The notes: generated from the letters alone by a model not told the origin. A DNA stretch of 64,000 nt from Desulfatiglandales bacterium (GCA_963666345.1 OY762721.1:1824001-1888000); one strand, 5' to 3'. Shown: positions 1 through 12,292, counted from the stretch's first letter. Made by a program: numbers and translations.

Positions 1-709
1 GAGGCTTATGCGCGTCAGAACCGAAGCAGATCGGGATACACCTTTCAAAGGACCAGGAAAGTATTTCGGCTGAAGGATAGCACTCTTTCACAGGTTTTCT
101 AAGTCCTGAGGTGTTTATTTCAAGACCGATACCGAGCTCCGCCATCCGGTCCAGGACAGGAAGCGCCATTTCCCTCAGATCGCCTTTCTCAGGCCTGTAA
201 CCAAACTTTTTTGGAAGATCAAAATGACCGACCGCATCAAAAAGACCGGAATCGACAAGCATCTTCAGCAGACAAAAATACCTTCTCCAGGACCCGGTGA
301 CATCCACTGAGTCCCATACATGTCTCTGCGAGGGGTTATCAAAACCCCAGCCGTCAATAAAATGGACTGAGCCGATCACAAAATCGAAATTCTGTTCAGG
401 AAGCCAGCTTCTGAGATGGTTTTCACAGCCTTCATAATAATCCGCCTCAATGCCGAATAATACAAGGGGCGGCTCCGCGGTTTGAGTTTCAGATACCATG
501 GATTTATAAAGCGGAAACTGATCCATGGTCATCCTATGAGCAGGATCATATCCGTCCGGGGTGGGTGCATGATCTGTAAAACAGAGAGAAGTGACGCCCC
601 TTGACCTTGCCGCTGTTTTATACTCATGCACATCACCCTCTGCATGTCCGCATAGAGGAGTATGAATGTGATAATCAGGAAGATCAGGTTTAACGATCTC
701 ATTTTTCAT
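1..709 (-). CDS. PHP-domain histidinol-phosphatase, HisJ family (3' end runs off window)
   Basis: Absent from the ORF track. Manual translation from ATG 709 (alternative in-frame ATG 724) gives MKNEIVKPDLPDYHIHTPLCGHAEG..., then CFTDHAP, GIEADY, IGSVHF and VGHFDLPK, the PHP/HisJ metal motifs. Confidence 0.85.
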   Translation of the reverse strand, partial: MKNEIVKPDLPDYHIHTPLCGHAEGDVHEYKTAARSRGVTSLCFTDHAPTPDGYDPAHRMTMDQFPLYKSMVSETQTAEPPLVLFGIEADYYEGCENHLRSWLPEQNFDFVIGSVHFIDGWGFDNPSQRHVWDSVDVTGSWRRYFCLLKMLVDSGLFDAVGHFDLPKKFGYRPEKGDLREMALPVLDRMAELGIGLEINTSGLRKPVKECYPSAEILSWSFERCIPICFGSDAHKP

Positions 710-746
710 TCGGCAGTCGCTCATTCACAAAAGGATAAGACCCAAG

Positions 747-2093
<1,347 letters not shown>

Positions 2094-2140
2094 TTACCCC
2101 CTTTGTGACAAGACAAAAGGGATTTTTTTCTCATACCGGA

Positions 2141-2503
2141 CTACATTCTTATCTTGGAGGAGCTCTTTTCAGGGTTCTTTTCCAGACGCCTGTACCTGGC
2201 TACCGCAGTTTCCGCAAGTCTCTGCATAACCCTGCTGAGATCCGAATCCTTCCAGACATCCTGAAACCCTCCTGAAGCGGAAAGCCTTTTACCTATGACA
2301 AAATAGGGAGGTGATTCCAGAAAAAGAGAAACATCCTCATAAACCAGATCGGCTTCTTCCCCCAATATGCTTTCCAGAAGTTCCTTGGCCGTATAAAAGA
2401 AAAACTTCTTCACATCCTCGGTGGACTCCGCAAGGTTGAGCTTCTGCCTGAAATTGGGAATAACTTTATGTTCCTCTTTTGTAAAGGAAATCTGCGTCGT
2501 CAT
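2141..2503 (-). CDS. hypothetical protein (120 aa)
   Basis: ATG with AGGAG RBS, co-oriented upstream of eno. No recognised motif. Confidence 0.75.
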   Translation of the reverse strand: MTTQISFTKEEHKVIPNFRQKLNLAESTEDVKKFFFYTAKELLESILGEEADLVYEDVSLFLESPPYFVIGKRLSASGGFQDVWKDSDLSRVMQRLAETAVARYRRLEKNPEKSSSKIRM

Positions 2504-2843
2504 TTTTTTCTCCTAAACGAGGCGGTTCAAAATGACAGGCCCCTTTCCGTTTCCTGGTTTTGAAGGATCGATAAACGTCGTAAAGCCAAGACATCTCCGC
2601 AGACATATACACTTACGGGTAGTTCTTTAGGTTATGCAGCAGCCTGTTCAAGCTGTTCGAAAATAGTGATAGGCTCGACAATCAGACGTTCTCATTTTGA
2701 TTCAGGATTTTTATCAACAGAAAGCCGTAATGGTGAGGTCAAAGGAGCTGATCAAGGCAGTCAGACTACGCAGCCCGGAGGAGACGGAGTTAAGTTCTGA
2801 AGAACAATATGTTTGAAATTATAAGGAAAAAAGTTTTTCCATG

Positions 2844-3752
2844 TCAAAGAATTTCTTTATAACGACCGATAATCAGGTTTATCAGGTCTTCCGCACCATT
2901 ATGCCCACTTATGATATCGGCCGAAGGACCAAGAGGTCTCCATACATCCGGATCCGATTTCCTGAAAAGCGCTAATGTATTAGCGCCGCACATGGCCGCA
3001 AGATGACTTATCCCGCTGTCATGTCCGCAATAAAAACGAGCCTCGAACAGGATTGAAAGAAGCTGTTCCCTTTCAGGCATAAGGCATATTTCCGCCTTCT
3101 TGTTCAGGTTATCTGAAAGGCATGAAAGGATTGAGCTTTCCGCAGGTCCCAGTATTATTGTGATCCTGTCGGCCTCGTTTTCAAATCGGGAGATAAAAGA
3201 ATCAACAAGATCAAGCCAGAACCTGGGCGGGTAATTCTTGGCCGGATCTCCCGAGCCTGGGTGAAAGACGATTCTTGATCTTAAATGCGACTTTGAGGCG
3301 GGTTTGATCAGTGCCTCTTTTACGGCCATTTTACTGCATAAATCCGGATCGGCAGGCAACCCGGCTTCTCTTAGACAAAGGCATGTATAAGAGGCCGCAT
3401 GAATCTTCATTTCCTGAGAAGGAATGGATGGAAACATATAAACGGGAACGTCGGCCGGAAAACAGGAGCGGAGGTTCTTTCCTATGGTGCCGTCCCTGTC
3501 TCTAAAAAAGCCTACCACAAGATCGGCTTCCCGGACGGGGAAAATAATATTCTTATCCGAATTTTCGATAAATAGCCTGTGCCAGCCATGGGTCTCGATA
3601 TCCATTGTGAGGGAGGCATAATCGTTCAGATACCCTATGCCGGGCTGCCGGCCCACGACAATGAAGCTGTTATCCTTATAAAGGGTCTTAAGGGCCGGCA
3701 GAAGCATAAGGGTGTCGCCAAGCGCACCTGATCGCAATATTAACACCTTCAT
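2844..3752 (-). CDS. glycosyltransferase family 9 (heptosyltransferase-like)
   Basis: MKVLILRSGALGDTL N-terminus, plus FHPGSG and GHDSGISHLAA motifs. Start set at ATG 3752. Confidence 0.88.
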   Translation of the reverse strand: MKVLILRSGALGDTLMLLPALKTLYKDNSFIVVGRQPGIGYLNDYASLTMDIETHGWHRLFIENSDKNIIFPVREADLVVGFFRDRDGTIGKNLRSCFPADVPVYMFPSIPSQEMKIHAASYTCLCLREAGLPADPDLCSKMAVKEALIKPASKSHLRSRIVFHPGSGDPAKNYPPRFWLDLVDSFISRFENEADRITIILGPAESSILSCLSDNLNKKAEICLMPEREQLLSILFEARFYCGHDSGISHLAAMCGANTLALFRKSDPDVWRPLGPSADIISGHNGAEDLINLIIGRYKEIL

Positions 3753-3756
3753 TCTA

Positions 3757-4098
3757 TTACCATGCCTGTGATGCGACAACGAGGATGACACAGTCCTCCT
3801 TCCCGTTGTTAATCAGCGAATGGGCGGCGCCCGTCGGAATCCAGGTGGCATCCCCCGGCCCTACCTGCCTTGATTCTTCATCCACACTGATCCGGCCTGA
3901 GCCGCTCAATACGAAATAGATCTCCTCCATGGGGTCTACATGGGACTCTATCTCTTTTCCCCGGCTCAACCTTGCTATGGCCATAAATCCAAGCTCTTTT
4001 AATACCCTGCGGTCGAGAATCATCTGCGCTGTCGCGCCGCCATGGGCCAGATAGGTTGAATCCAGAACCTCCCTGTCATTGATATTTCTTACTATCAT
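3757..4098 (-). CDS. cupin domain protein
   Basis: HxDxxEEIYFVLSGSG and GDATWIPTGAAHSL cupin motifs. RBS present. Confidence 0.88.
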   Translation of the reverse strand: MIVRNINDREVLDSTYLAHGGATAQMILDRRVLKELGFMAIARLSRGKEIESHVDPMEEIYFVLSGSGRISVDEESRQVGPGDATWIPTGAAHSLINNGKEDCVILVVASQAW

Positions 4099-4240
4099 CT
4101 TTTCCTCCTAATCGGCTTTTCCCAATTTATTCTTGATTCGAAAAATAAAAAAGGCTTAAATTGGGTATTATAAATAATACTGAAATAAAGAGACCGGAAG
4201 AATCTCTTTCCAGCATAAATAAAAATTTGGAGAGTGCCAA

Positions 4241-5533
4241 ATGGAAAAAGCTCGACCCGCCCCCTCTTTGAAAACGCTTGACAAGGCCCTGCTTAAAGAC
4301 AAGGTCGTCCTTGTAAGGGTAGATCACAATGTGGTCAAAAAGGGCATTATCAAGGACCCCTATCGAATCGACTCCACCATTGGAACCCTCTATTCAATCG
4401 CGGAAAAAGGTGGAAGGCCTGTTGTCATAACACATGTGGGTAGACCCCGGGACAAAAAATCAGGACTGATAACCTGCAGGGAGGAAGAATCGGTAAGACC
4501 TGTAATAAGGTATCTTGAAGAAAAACTTCCGATCAAGATCCATTATCACGAACTGCCCGCAGATGGAAACAACGGCATAACAGAGTTTGATACTCCGGCT
4601 GATCAGGCCCTGGAAGATCTCAGGACGGGAAAAATCGGGATGATATATCTTCAGAACTCCCGCTGGTTTAAAGGTGAGCAGTCAGAGGGAGCACCAAGGC
4701 GGAAATTTATTGAATGGCTTGCCTCGGTCTCCGACGTATTTGTAAACGATGCCTTCGGTGCATGGCGGGCACACGCCTCCACCTACGATATCGCCGGGCG
4801 GCTTCCCTCCTTTGCCGGAGCGCTTCTCGAAAAGGAGATCTCAAATCTTTACAGGGTACTGGAGCCTGAAAGACCTTTTCTTGCGGTAATAGCCGGATCC
4901 AAATATGATACCAAGATCGGCCCGTTAAAGGCACTCCACGGCAAGGTGGATCACCTGTTACTTGGTGGACTGATGCACAGCACCTTTTTGTCGGCAAAAT
5001 ACGGGATAAATATCAAGGGTGTGACGGATGAGGACAGAAAGCTTGCGATGGAACTTGTGGAATTAGACAAGAGGGATAAAAAGATTCTTGAAATGACTCA
5101 TATAATTGAATCGGATATAATGGAGGGGAAAAAACAGGGGACCTTCAGGACCATCAAGACGGAGGATCTCGCACACAGGGATAAATGTAACTATCTTCTT
5201 GATGTAGACCCTGAGTCGTTTCAGACAAGGCAGGTAAAAGAGGCCATAGAAGGGGCAAAGACCATTTTCGTAAATGCGGTCATGGGCCTGATGCCTCATT
5301 TTTATGAAGGATCACAGGCCATTTACAGGATGATAGGTTCAAACAGAAACGCCATGAAACTTTTCGGGGGCGGTGACACCCTGCAGGAACTCAAAAATCT
5401 CTGCCCCGGGATATATCTTGAAGGCCTGGATTCTCCTCGAACCTACTTTTTTACCGGAGGGGGAAGCGTTCTCGCAGCGGTCGAAAATGGAAATCCTTAC
5501 GCACTCAAGCCGGTACAGGCATTGCTGGAATAG
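4241..5533 (+). CDS. pgk: phosphoglycerate kinase (divergent)
   Basis: VLVRVDHNV, THVGRP, VNDAFG..RAHAS, GGGDT and FTGGG motifs. Confidence 0.85.
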   Translation: MEKARPAPSLKTLDKALLKDKVVLVRVDHNVVKKGIIKDPYRIDSTIGTLYSIAEKGGRPVVITHVGRPRDKKSGLITCREEESVRPVIRYLEEKLPIKIHYHELPADGNNGITEFDTPADQALEDLRTGKIGMIYLQNSRWFKGEQSEGAPRRKFIEWLASVSDVFVNDAFGAWRAHASTYDIAGRLPSFAGALLEKEISNLYRVLEPERPFLAVIAGSKYDTKIGPLKALHGKVDHLLLGGLMHSTFLSAKYGINIKGVTDEDRKLAMELVELDKRDKKILEMTHIIESDIMEGKKQGTFRTIKTEDLAHRDKCNYLLDVDPESFQTRQVKEAIEGAKTIFVNAVMGLMPHFYEGSQAIYRMIGSNRNAMKLFGGGDTLQELKNLCPGIYLEGLDSPRTYFFTGGGSVLAAVENGNPYALKPVQALLE

Positions 5534-5616
5534 GCCTGAAAGGCTTTTTCAATACGGGTTCAGCTCTTTCACCATTTACTTGATCAGGATACTCTTTTCA
5601 TCCGGGAGGAATAATA

Positions 5617-6414
5617 ATGGAGATAAGGCCTATTTTTGACCCTCAAAAAATGGGGCGCCCCATGAGGATCGCCGCATTCATGTCAGGCTCAGGTACGAAT
5701 ATAAAAAAACTGCTCGCATGGCAGAAAAAACTGGAGGAAAGGGAGGGTAAGTCCCCTTTTGAAGTCATCTTCATATTCAGCGACAGATCAGATGGTAAAT
5801 GTGTCGGCGAAGAGATAGCGCTCGACAATGGGCTTCCCTATTTCAGTTATGATATCCGGGCCTTTCACAGGATAAAATCGGTCAGCAGGAGCGTTGACTC
5901 CGAGCAGGGCCTTTCCGCTAGAAAACAATATGATCAGATACCCAGAAAACTGTCGGCGGCATTTGAAATAGATGTCATTGCACTGGGAGGATACATGAGT
6001 TACACAACTCTGCCCAGGTGTGTAAATGTCCATCCCGCTGACCTATCCATCCTGTCCCCGGACGGGGCAAGAAAATATGTGGGCGACAATGCGGTTTACG
6101 ACGCCATAGTGGCCGGCGAAAAAAATCTCAGGGCATCAACCCTTTGGACGGATGAAGGCGTGGATACAGGCCCACTGCTTATGGTATCCGAGGCTATGCC
6201 GGTAGAGCTTCCGGAGCCGCTCGATAAGCTCATAAAGGACAGGGACAAACTGGCCGAAATCGTCGATACACATCAGGAAAAGCTTAAAAGGGTGGGCGAC
6301 TGGGTCATATTTCCCACGACCATAGAAATGATTGCAAGAGGACGTCTTGCAATTGATGAACAAGGCAATGTGTATGCGGACGGGGAAAAAACGGAAGGAG
6401 GATTCAGGCTCTGA
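5617..6414 (+). CDS. folate-dependent formyltransferase, PurN-like
   Basis: FMSGSGTN P-loop, NVHP catalytic pair and DEGVDTGP. GGAGG RBS. Confidence 0.82.
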   Translation: MEIRPIFDPQKMGRPMRIAAFMSGSGTNIKKLLAWQKKLEEREGKSPFEVIFIFSDRSDGKCVGEEIALDNGLPYFSYDIRAFHRIKSVSRSVDSEQGLSARKQYDQIPRKLSAAFEIDVIALGGYMSYTTLPRCVNVHPADLSILSPDGARKYVGDNAVYDAIVAGEKNLRASTLWTDEGVDTGPLLMVSEAMPVELPEPLDKLIKDRDKLAEIVDTHQEKLKRVGDWVIFPTTIEMIARGRLAIDEQGNVYADGEKTEGGFRL

Positions 6415-6676
6415 AAAAATGCGATTACCTCCCCCGGAAGACGTTCTTAAACGATGCCAACTGAAAGGATCTTTTTTTAAGTTTACAGAAATAAACCTTT
6501 GACCCTCTTCTCTAAATTGAAAAAAACCGAGCGACTTTGTAATTTTAATCCCAAAGCCCTTTTGTTCCGGTAATCTCGAAAAACAGCAAAGAATAATCTC
6601 GTAAAATGGTCGTGCAGGGCCTTCTGCGAGACTAACAGGAAAGGCGGCAGTAATTTACTTACTGTTGACAAATATT

Positions 6677-7372
6677 ATGGAGCCTAAAGCCGTAAATTCC
6701 TATCCGCTTGCAGAGGAAGAGGCCTATCAAAACGGCCAAACCATTTTTGCTGAAAACAGCTCAGGTGACTGGATGTATGTAGTCCTTTCAGGCCAGGTCG
6801 AAATATCCAAGGAAATAAAGGGGCAAAGATATATCATCGCACTTCTTAAACCGGGTGAAGTTTTCGGAGAACTCGCATTCTTCAGCGGGATAAAGAGAAC
6901 TGCATCCGCCACGGCGAGAGGGAAAACGACCGTAGGGATAATTGATCGATCCATCTTTGAAAAGGAGTTCAATCAGCTGTCATCTCAGCTCAAAAGCATC
7001 ATAAAACTGATGGCAACCAGATACAAGAGCGTCCTTGAAAGGACTTCTCAACTATCTACACGCCACGAGCCCAGGTCTCCGAAAGTTATTTCCGTGGTAT
7101 TTAAGGACAAAAAAACCTTTGTGAAATCCTACACGGAAAATGCCGGCATGGGGGGGATTTTCATAAAAACGGAGAATCTGCTTCCTCTCGGTCACCAGTT
7201 CCTTCTGAAACTTAAGCTGCCAGGGGTAGAAGAACCTATCGAGGTGGAAAGCGAGGTTATCTGGTCCCGCAAAAAGGCCGACAAATTTCCGCACCCCCCC
7301 GGCATGGGCATAAAATTCAATGAACTCCCTGAAAAATCAGACCAGATCCTCAGGACTTATTTGAGGAAATGA
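6677..7372 (+). CDS. cyclic-nucleotide-binding (CAP_ED) plus PilZ (TIGR02266-like) domain protein
   Basis: N-terminal GEVFGELA..RTASA. C-terminal RHEPR, NAGMGGIFIKT and PPGMGIKF. Confidence 0.85.
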   Translation: MEPKAVNSYPLAEEEAYQNGQTIFAENSSGDWMYVVLSGQVEISKEIKGQRYIIALLKPGEVFGELAFFSGIKRTASATARGKTTVGIIDRSIFEKEFNQLSSQLKSIIKLMATRYKSVLERTSQLSTRHEPRSPKVISVVFKDKKTFVKSYTENAGMGGIFIKTENLLPLGHQFLLKLKLPGVEEPIEVESEVIWSRKKADKFPHPPGMGIKFNELPEKSDQILRTYLRK

Positions 7373-7395
7373 CGATACACCTTCAACCGGTCTGA

Positions 7396-9003
7396 TCATA
7401 GGGGGATAAGGGATTCCAGTTCCTCCTCTATGTAGGAGAGCCTGTCGACATCATCCTCTGTAAGCTCGTTTTCAGCGGCCTTTTTGACCACCCTCTTTCT
7501 GAGGCCCTTGAGGGTCTTCTCAAGATCTACGAGAGAGTTCAACATCTGGGTTTCAAAATCAGGAAGGGGTTCTTTTGCTTCATGTCTTTCAATCATGACT
7601 TCCTTCGGCTTAAGCACAAGCCTTTCCTTCCATTCAGGCACCTCGGCCTGTAATGAAAAATCGCTCCTTATTCTTTCGGCAAGGGCGACACTCGCACTTG
7701 TCTCACCATGAATGACAAACACCTTCGGGTTGCTTTCAAAATGACCCACCCAGCGAAGAAGATCCCCCTGGTCGGCGTGAGCCGAAAATCCGCCGATGGT
7801 GAAAACCTTCGCCTCAACCGCAACCCTCTCTCTGAATATCTTTACCTCTTTGGCACCTTCCACGATCTTGCGACCGGTTGTGCCATTGGCCTGAAAGCCG
7901 ACGAAAACGACGCTCGCCCCTTTCCTCCACAGATTGTGTTTAAGGTGATGTTTGATCCTTCCTGCCGTGCACATACCGCTTCCGGCGATAACTATGGCGG
8001 AGCCTTGCCTCTCATTTATGGCCATCGATTCCCTGGTGGATTCCGTGAATCTGAGATTGGGCAGATCGAACGGATCATAGCCTTCATCGACTATTGCCAG
8101 GGCCTCTTCATCGTAAAACCTCTTGTTTTTCCTGAAGATCTCGGTAGCCTTTATGGCAAGGGGACTATCGAGGTATATGGGGATATCGGGCAAATCTCCT
8201 TGACGGTGGAACTCTCCCAGGAGGTAGATTATCTCCTGTGTCCTTTCCACTGCAAAGGCCGGGATCATGATCTTCTCTCCCTTTGAAACACTGTAATTAA
8301 TTGCATCAAGCAATTCATATTTACTTTCCTCCAGAGACCGATGGTGCCGGTTTCCGTAGGTAGATTCAACGAACAGGTAATCTGCATCGAAAATCTCATG
8401 GGGGTCTTTTAGAATAAGCTGATTTTTTTTACCCAGATCCCCTGAAAAAACGAGCTTTATTGAAACGCCATCCTCTTCCACCCAGAGCTCCAGGATGGAA
8501 GAACCCAGGATATGCCCTGCGTTTCTCAGCCTGGCCCTTAGTCCCGGTTCAATATCTATTATCCGGTCCCTCTCAACAGGAGACAGGAGTCTTGAGCTTT
8601 TCTCAGCGTCCTCTGTTGTGTAAAGAGGCTCAATGACCTCCTTTGCCTGGCGTTTGTTCTTTCTGGTCTGCCACTCCGCATCCATCTCCTGGATATGCGC
8701 GGCATCCATGAACATGATCTCGCACAGCTCGGCGGTCGGCGGAGAGGTGATTATCCTGCCTGAAAAGCCATCCTTCACCAATTTAGGTATCCTGCCGCTG
8801 TGATCTATATGTGCGTGAGTGAGAAGGACCGTATTGAGCTCAGCCGGATCAAATTCCCAACCCTCCCAGTTTCGCCTCTCCATCTGCCTGCCGCCCTGGA
8901 AAAGACCGCAGTCCACAAGTACCTTTTTGCCTCCGGGGCTTTCCACAAAAAAACAGGAACCGGTTACCGAACCGGCCCCACCCATACATGTTATTTTCAC
9001 CAT
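7396..9003 (-). CDS. metallo-beta-lactamase beta-CASP family ribonuclease
   Basis: THAHIDHSG, AGHILGS, VESTYG and FSAHAD motifs. Confidence 0.93.
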   Translation of the reverse strand: MVKITCMGGAGSVTGSCFFVESPGGKKVLVDCGLFQGGRQMERRNWEGWEFDPAELNTVLLTHAHIDHSGRIPKLVKDGFSGRIITSPPTAELCEIMFMDAAHIQEMDAEWQTRKNKRQAKEVIEPLYTTEDAEKSSRLLSPVERDRIIDIEPGLRARLRNAGHILGSSILELWVEEDGVSIKLVFSGDLGKKNQLILKDPHEIFDADYLFVESTYGNRHHRSLEESKYELLDAINYSVSKGEKIMIPAFAVERTQEIIYLLGEFHRQGDLPDIPIYLDSPLAIKATEIFRKNKRFYDEEALAIVDEGYDPFDLPNLRFTESTRESMAINERQGSAIVIAGSGMCTAGRIKHHLKHNLWRKGASVVFVGFQANGTTGRKIVEGAKEVKIFRERVAVEAKVFTIGGFSAHADQGDLLRWVGHFESNPKVFVIHGETSASVALAERIRSDFSLQAEVPEWKERLVLKPKEVMIERHEAKEPLPDFETQMLNSLVDLEKTLKGLRKRVVKKAAENELTEDDVDRLSYIEEELESLIPL

Positions 9004-9164
9004 ATCGTTCTCCTTGGTAGCTTAATCCGGGTCTGTTAAAAAAATACCAACTTCCTGTTTTATGATCGATTTATTGATAATGAATCATCCCGCCGAATCG
9101 TTCGGCTTCGTTCCCGATACGCCTCGAAGCGGTATAAACCGGTTTTTCACGAAGCCGTCAAACT

Positions 9165-10235
9165 TTAGCCCTCGTAGACAGGGTATCTGAAACGTTCTCC
9201 TCTGTAGTTCTCTATTATCAGGAGATTCTTTTCCTTTCCCACAATATAACTGGGCAAAAAGGGGACCTTTCCGCCTCCGCCCGGCAGATCAACCGCAAAA
9301 TGAGGCATGCAAAGCCCGGAGGTGTGGCCCTGAATTTCCTTAATAATGTCCAGTCCTTTCTTCATGTTTGTCCAGAAATGGGATGTCCCCCTGGCCAGGT
9401 CAGCCTGAAAAAGATAATAGGGCCTGACCCTTATGCTTAAAAGTTTCTGCATGAGCGACTTCATTGTCGCGGGCTCATCGTTTACGCCCTTAAGAAGAAC
9501 TGTATGGCACCCCAGGGGTAGGCCCGCATCGGCAAGCCTTCGGCAGGCGAGCGCAGACTGAGAGGTGACCTCCATAGGGTGATTGAAATGCGTGTGGATA
9601 TAAAGAGGGTGAAATTTTTTCATTATCCGGGTCAGGTCCTCGGTTATCCTCTGAGGCAGCGTGCAGGGAACTCTTGTTCCTATCCTTATGATCTCTACAT
9701 GTTCTATGGATCTAATCCGCTCCAGTATCCACTGGATCTCATCGTCTTCCAAAAGGAGCGGATCACCTCCTGAGAGCAGGACATCCCGCACTTGCCTGTG
9801 ATCCCTGATATAGTCAATTCCCTGTTTTATGGAATCCTCTGAGACCATGGATAGGTTTCCCACTTTTCTTTTCCTGTTGCAGAATCTGCAGTAGGTCGGG
9901 CAGATGGAAGAAACCAGCAGCAGGACACGGTCAGGGTACCTGTGGGTAAGGCCTCTTACAGGGGACAAGGCCTCCTCATTTAACGGATCCACATGGCCTC
10001 TTTGATCCGAGATTTCCCTCGGATCAGGTATGCACTGTCTGTATATCGGATCATCTTTTTCTTTTATAAGCCCCAGATAATAAGGATTTATACGCATCGG
10101 GTAGCGGGATACGATCTTTTCAGTCGTCTTCATGTCAAGGCCGTATAAAACAGAGACCTCCTCCGGTCTTGTAATGCTTTCGGAAAGGATCTTTTTCCAC
10201 ATAATGTCATTTTCTTTATTAGGCATTCCTATCAC
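9165..10235 (-). CDS. KamA family radical SAM protein (lysine 2,3-aminomutase-like)
   Basis: HRYPDRVL, CPTYCRFC, SGGDPL, HFNHP and PGGGGK (PLP lysine). Start uncertain. Confidence 0.92.
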   Translation of the reverse strand: MIGMPNKENDIMWKKILSESITRPEEVSVLYGLDMKTTEKIVSRYPMRINPYYLGLIKEKDDPIYRQCIPDPREISDQRGHVDPLNEEALSPVRGLTHRYPDRVLLLVSSICPTYCRFCNRKRKVGNLSMVSEDSIKQGIDYIRDHRQVRDVLLSGGDPLLLEDDEIQWILERIRSIEHVEIIRIGTRVPCTLPQRITEDLTRIMKKFHPLYIHTHFNHPMEVTSQSALACRRLADAGLPLGCHTVLLKGVNDEPATMKSLMQKLLSIRVRPYYLFQADLARGTSHFWTNMKKGLDIIKEIQGHTSGLCMPHFAVDLPGGGGKVPFLPSYIVGKEKNLLIIENYRGERFRYPVYEG

Positions 10236-10267
10236 TTGTTATCAACCCAAACGGCGTCGAGCCGCAT

Positions 10268-10975
10268 TCATCGGGCAACTCGAATATGCTGTCCGGAAGT
10301 TAAAACACCTCCTGCCTTCGGGCCGCAATTGAAGAGCAGGTCAAATGCAGAGAGATTGGGGATAAAATCACCCCAGAGTTGAGGATACACAGGACTTGAA
10401 GGTCGAAAAAAATCAAGCCCCACGCCCTCTTTTCTGAAAAGTTCCTGATCCATGTATTTACGGGCACTGTTTTGGGCCAGAAAATCGGAACAGCCGAGTT
10501 TCCTGCATAACTCCAGAGAAAGATAGGGCTCCCGGTCACTTATATCAAGTTCTGAAAGCAACATACAGTCCGTTTCTATTTCCAGTCGTTCTAACAGGTA
10601 CCTTATAACGGCGACGTTCAGATCGACCAGCCACTCCCACCTTTTTTCAAACATATTAGCTATAAAAGGCAGATGCTCCTCAAAAAAAGGGCTCTTGGAA
10701 TAGGCCGCCTTGAGACTCGACAGATTCTTTCTCATCCAGCGTCCCTCATGACAGATTCGCACATCCCTGATCCTCTGAAGTCCAAGCCCCTTTTTCCAAA
10801 CAGGTACTTTAATCCAGAGTATGCCCTGGTCATTCTTGAATCTGTTCCTCGTAAGCCATGTAGATCCCCTTGGAAACTGAACACAGTCCATAAGAACAAG
10901 CAGATCTGATCTGAGCGCCTTTTCGAAAAACCCTGGAAAGGGGGCAAGATATGGCTGGTAGGCGGATACTCTCAT
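10268..10975 (-). CDS. WbqC family protein
   Basis: AYQPY..PFPGFF, DCVQF, NR and NLSAFDLLFN motifs. Start trimmed to ATG 10975. Confidence 0.85.
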   Translation of the reverse strand: MRVSAYQPYLAPFPGFFEKALRSDLLVLMDCVQFPRGSTWLTRNRFKNDQGILWIKVPVWKKGLGLQRIRDVRICHEGRWMRKNLSSLKAAYSKSPFFEEHLPFIANMFEKRWEWLVDLNVAVIRYLLERLEIETDCMLLSELDISDREPYLSLELCRKLGCSDFLAQNSARKYMDQELFRKEGVGLDFFRPSSPVYPQLWGDFIPNLSAFDLLFNCGPKAGGVLTSGQHIRVAR

Positions 10976-11094
10976 AACAGGCATCAAGACCTTTAAAAAG
11001 ATGCAAAAAAAGACGATCCCCATATTGACGCGGCCCCTCTGCAAATAATATCGGGCAGATCCAAAGCGGAAAGCATTTCAGATCATAGCCGGTA

Positions 11095-11787
11095 CTAACT
11101 CAAACAACCGATCTGTTCCAGGACAGCCCTTGATGCATACTCGGCCACATCTGCCAGACCGTCAACCGGCATAAAGGATAAGGCATTCGCGGAAAACAGG
11201 CACTTGACAGACGCCGGGAATTCCTCATCAGCAAGATAAAAGATATAATTGAGATATATCTTAGGCAACGCCGGCAATAACAACGAAAAATCACCCGGCA
11301 TATCAATATTCGGTTTCGGACAGCAAAATTTTCTTCTTATCGAATCCCTGGATTGATATATCATATCAACATAAGGGATCAAGACCCTCTCACTGTTGTT
11401 TGAAAAGGCCCCATGATACGGCATGCTGTCTGGAAAATCACGAAAGGAGATGAATGGTTCGATCAGGATCTCCTCAGGGCTCCTGTTGAGCGCATAAAGG
11501 GAAATCAAAAGAGCCCTCTGATCAAGAACCTCTTTTCCTGACAACAAGACAGAGCACCTTCTTATCCGGCAATCCTCGCCAAAGGCCCTGAAAGAATATT
11601 CATCCCCCTGCCTTACGGCCCCAAGCAATTTCTCAAGCCCTTTCGGCATATTTTCAAAGAGTATCGAGAGATTTTCCCTAACCGTTCCGGCGTATTGAGA
11701 TTCCATAACAAGTAAGCCCTTCCACAACGCTATTGTTTTCACACAAATCCGGATAAAAACACACGTGTCTGAGCATGCCGCAATCAA
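11095..11787 (-). CDS. DUF3786-like protein
   Basis: C-terminal ALPKI..ADEEFPASVKCLF..A..F.P.D.LA pattern. True start may be ATG near 11706. Confidence 0.75.
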   Translation of the reverse strand: MIAACSDTCVFIRICVKTIALWKGLLVMESQYAGTVRENLSILFENMPKGLEKLLGAVRQGDEYSFRAFGEDCRIRRCSVLLSGKEVLDQRALLISLYALNRSPEEILIEPFISFRDFPDSMPYHGAFSNNSERVLIPYVDMIYQSRDSIRRKFCCPKPNIDMPGDFSLLLPALPKIYLNYIFYLADEEFPASVKCLFSANALSFMPVDGLADVAEYASRAVLEQIGCLS

Positions 11788-12292
11788 ATGGACAAAGGTG
11801 TTTTTTCTCTGCTACGCTCAGCCCCCTCTGCCCATTTCCTCATAACACCGTCTGTCAGTGCACAAGCACAGGCGCCCGGAACAAATAATTCAGTTTAATC
11901 TATCCCATCCGGCCTTATCAATCAAGTGAATGGACCCCTGATCCACCATCAAGGCATCATTTATCCCATTTACAGAGGGATTGCCTTCGATCGCTTAGGC
12001 ATTTCCACGTATCTTTGATATGTGCAGGAATGCTTTTTCGAGTTACATCCGGCACCTTCCGGATGCTCGAGGGTTTCTAATATCGGTTGCCAATTTATTT
12101 TTAGTATGATAGATGCCTTTCAGTTGCCGGAAACGATTCAAAACATATGACATTGATAATTTTCTATTTTTCTCGGCTAACGGCCTGACCTTTTGATCCG
12201 CCGCAAGCACCTTTTACGGCAGGTATCTACATATCTTTAAGGGGGAATTTCAACCCCATCAGAACATACCCTCAAAAAGGGGAATTAAAAGG

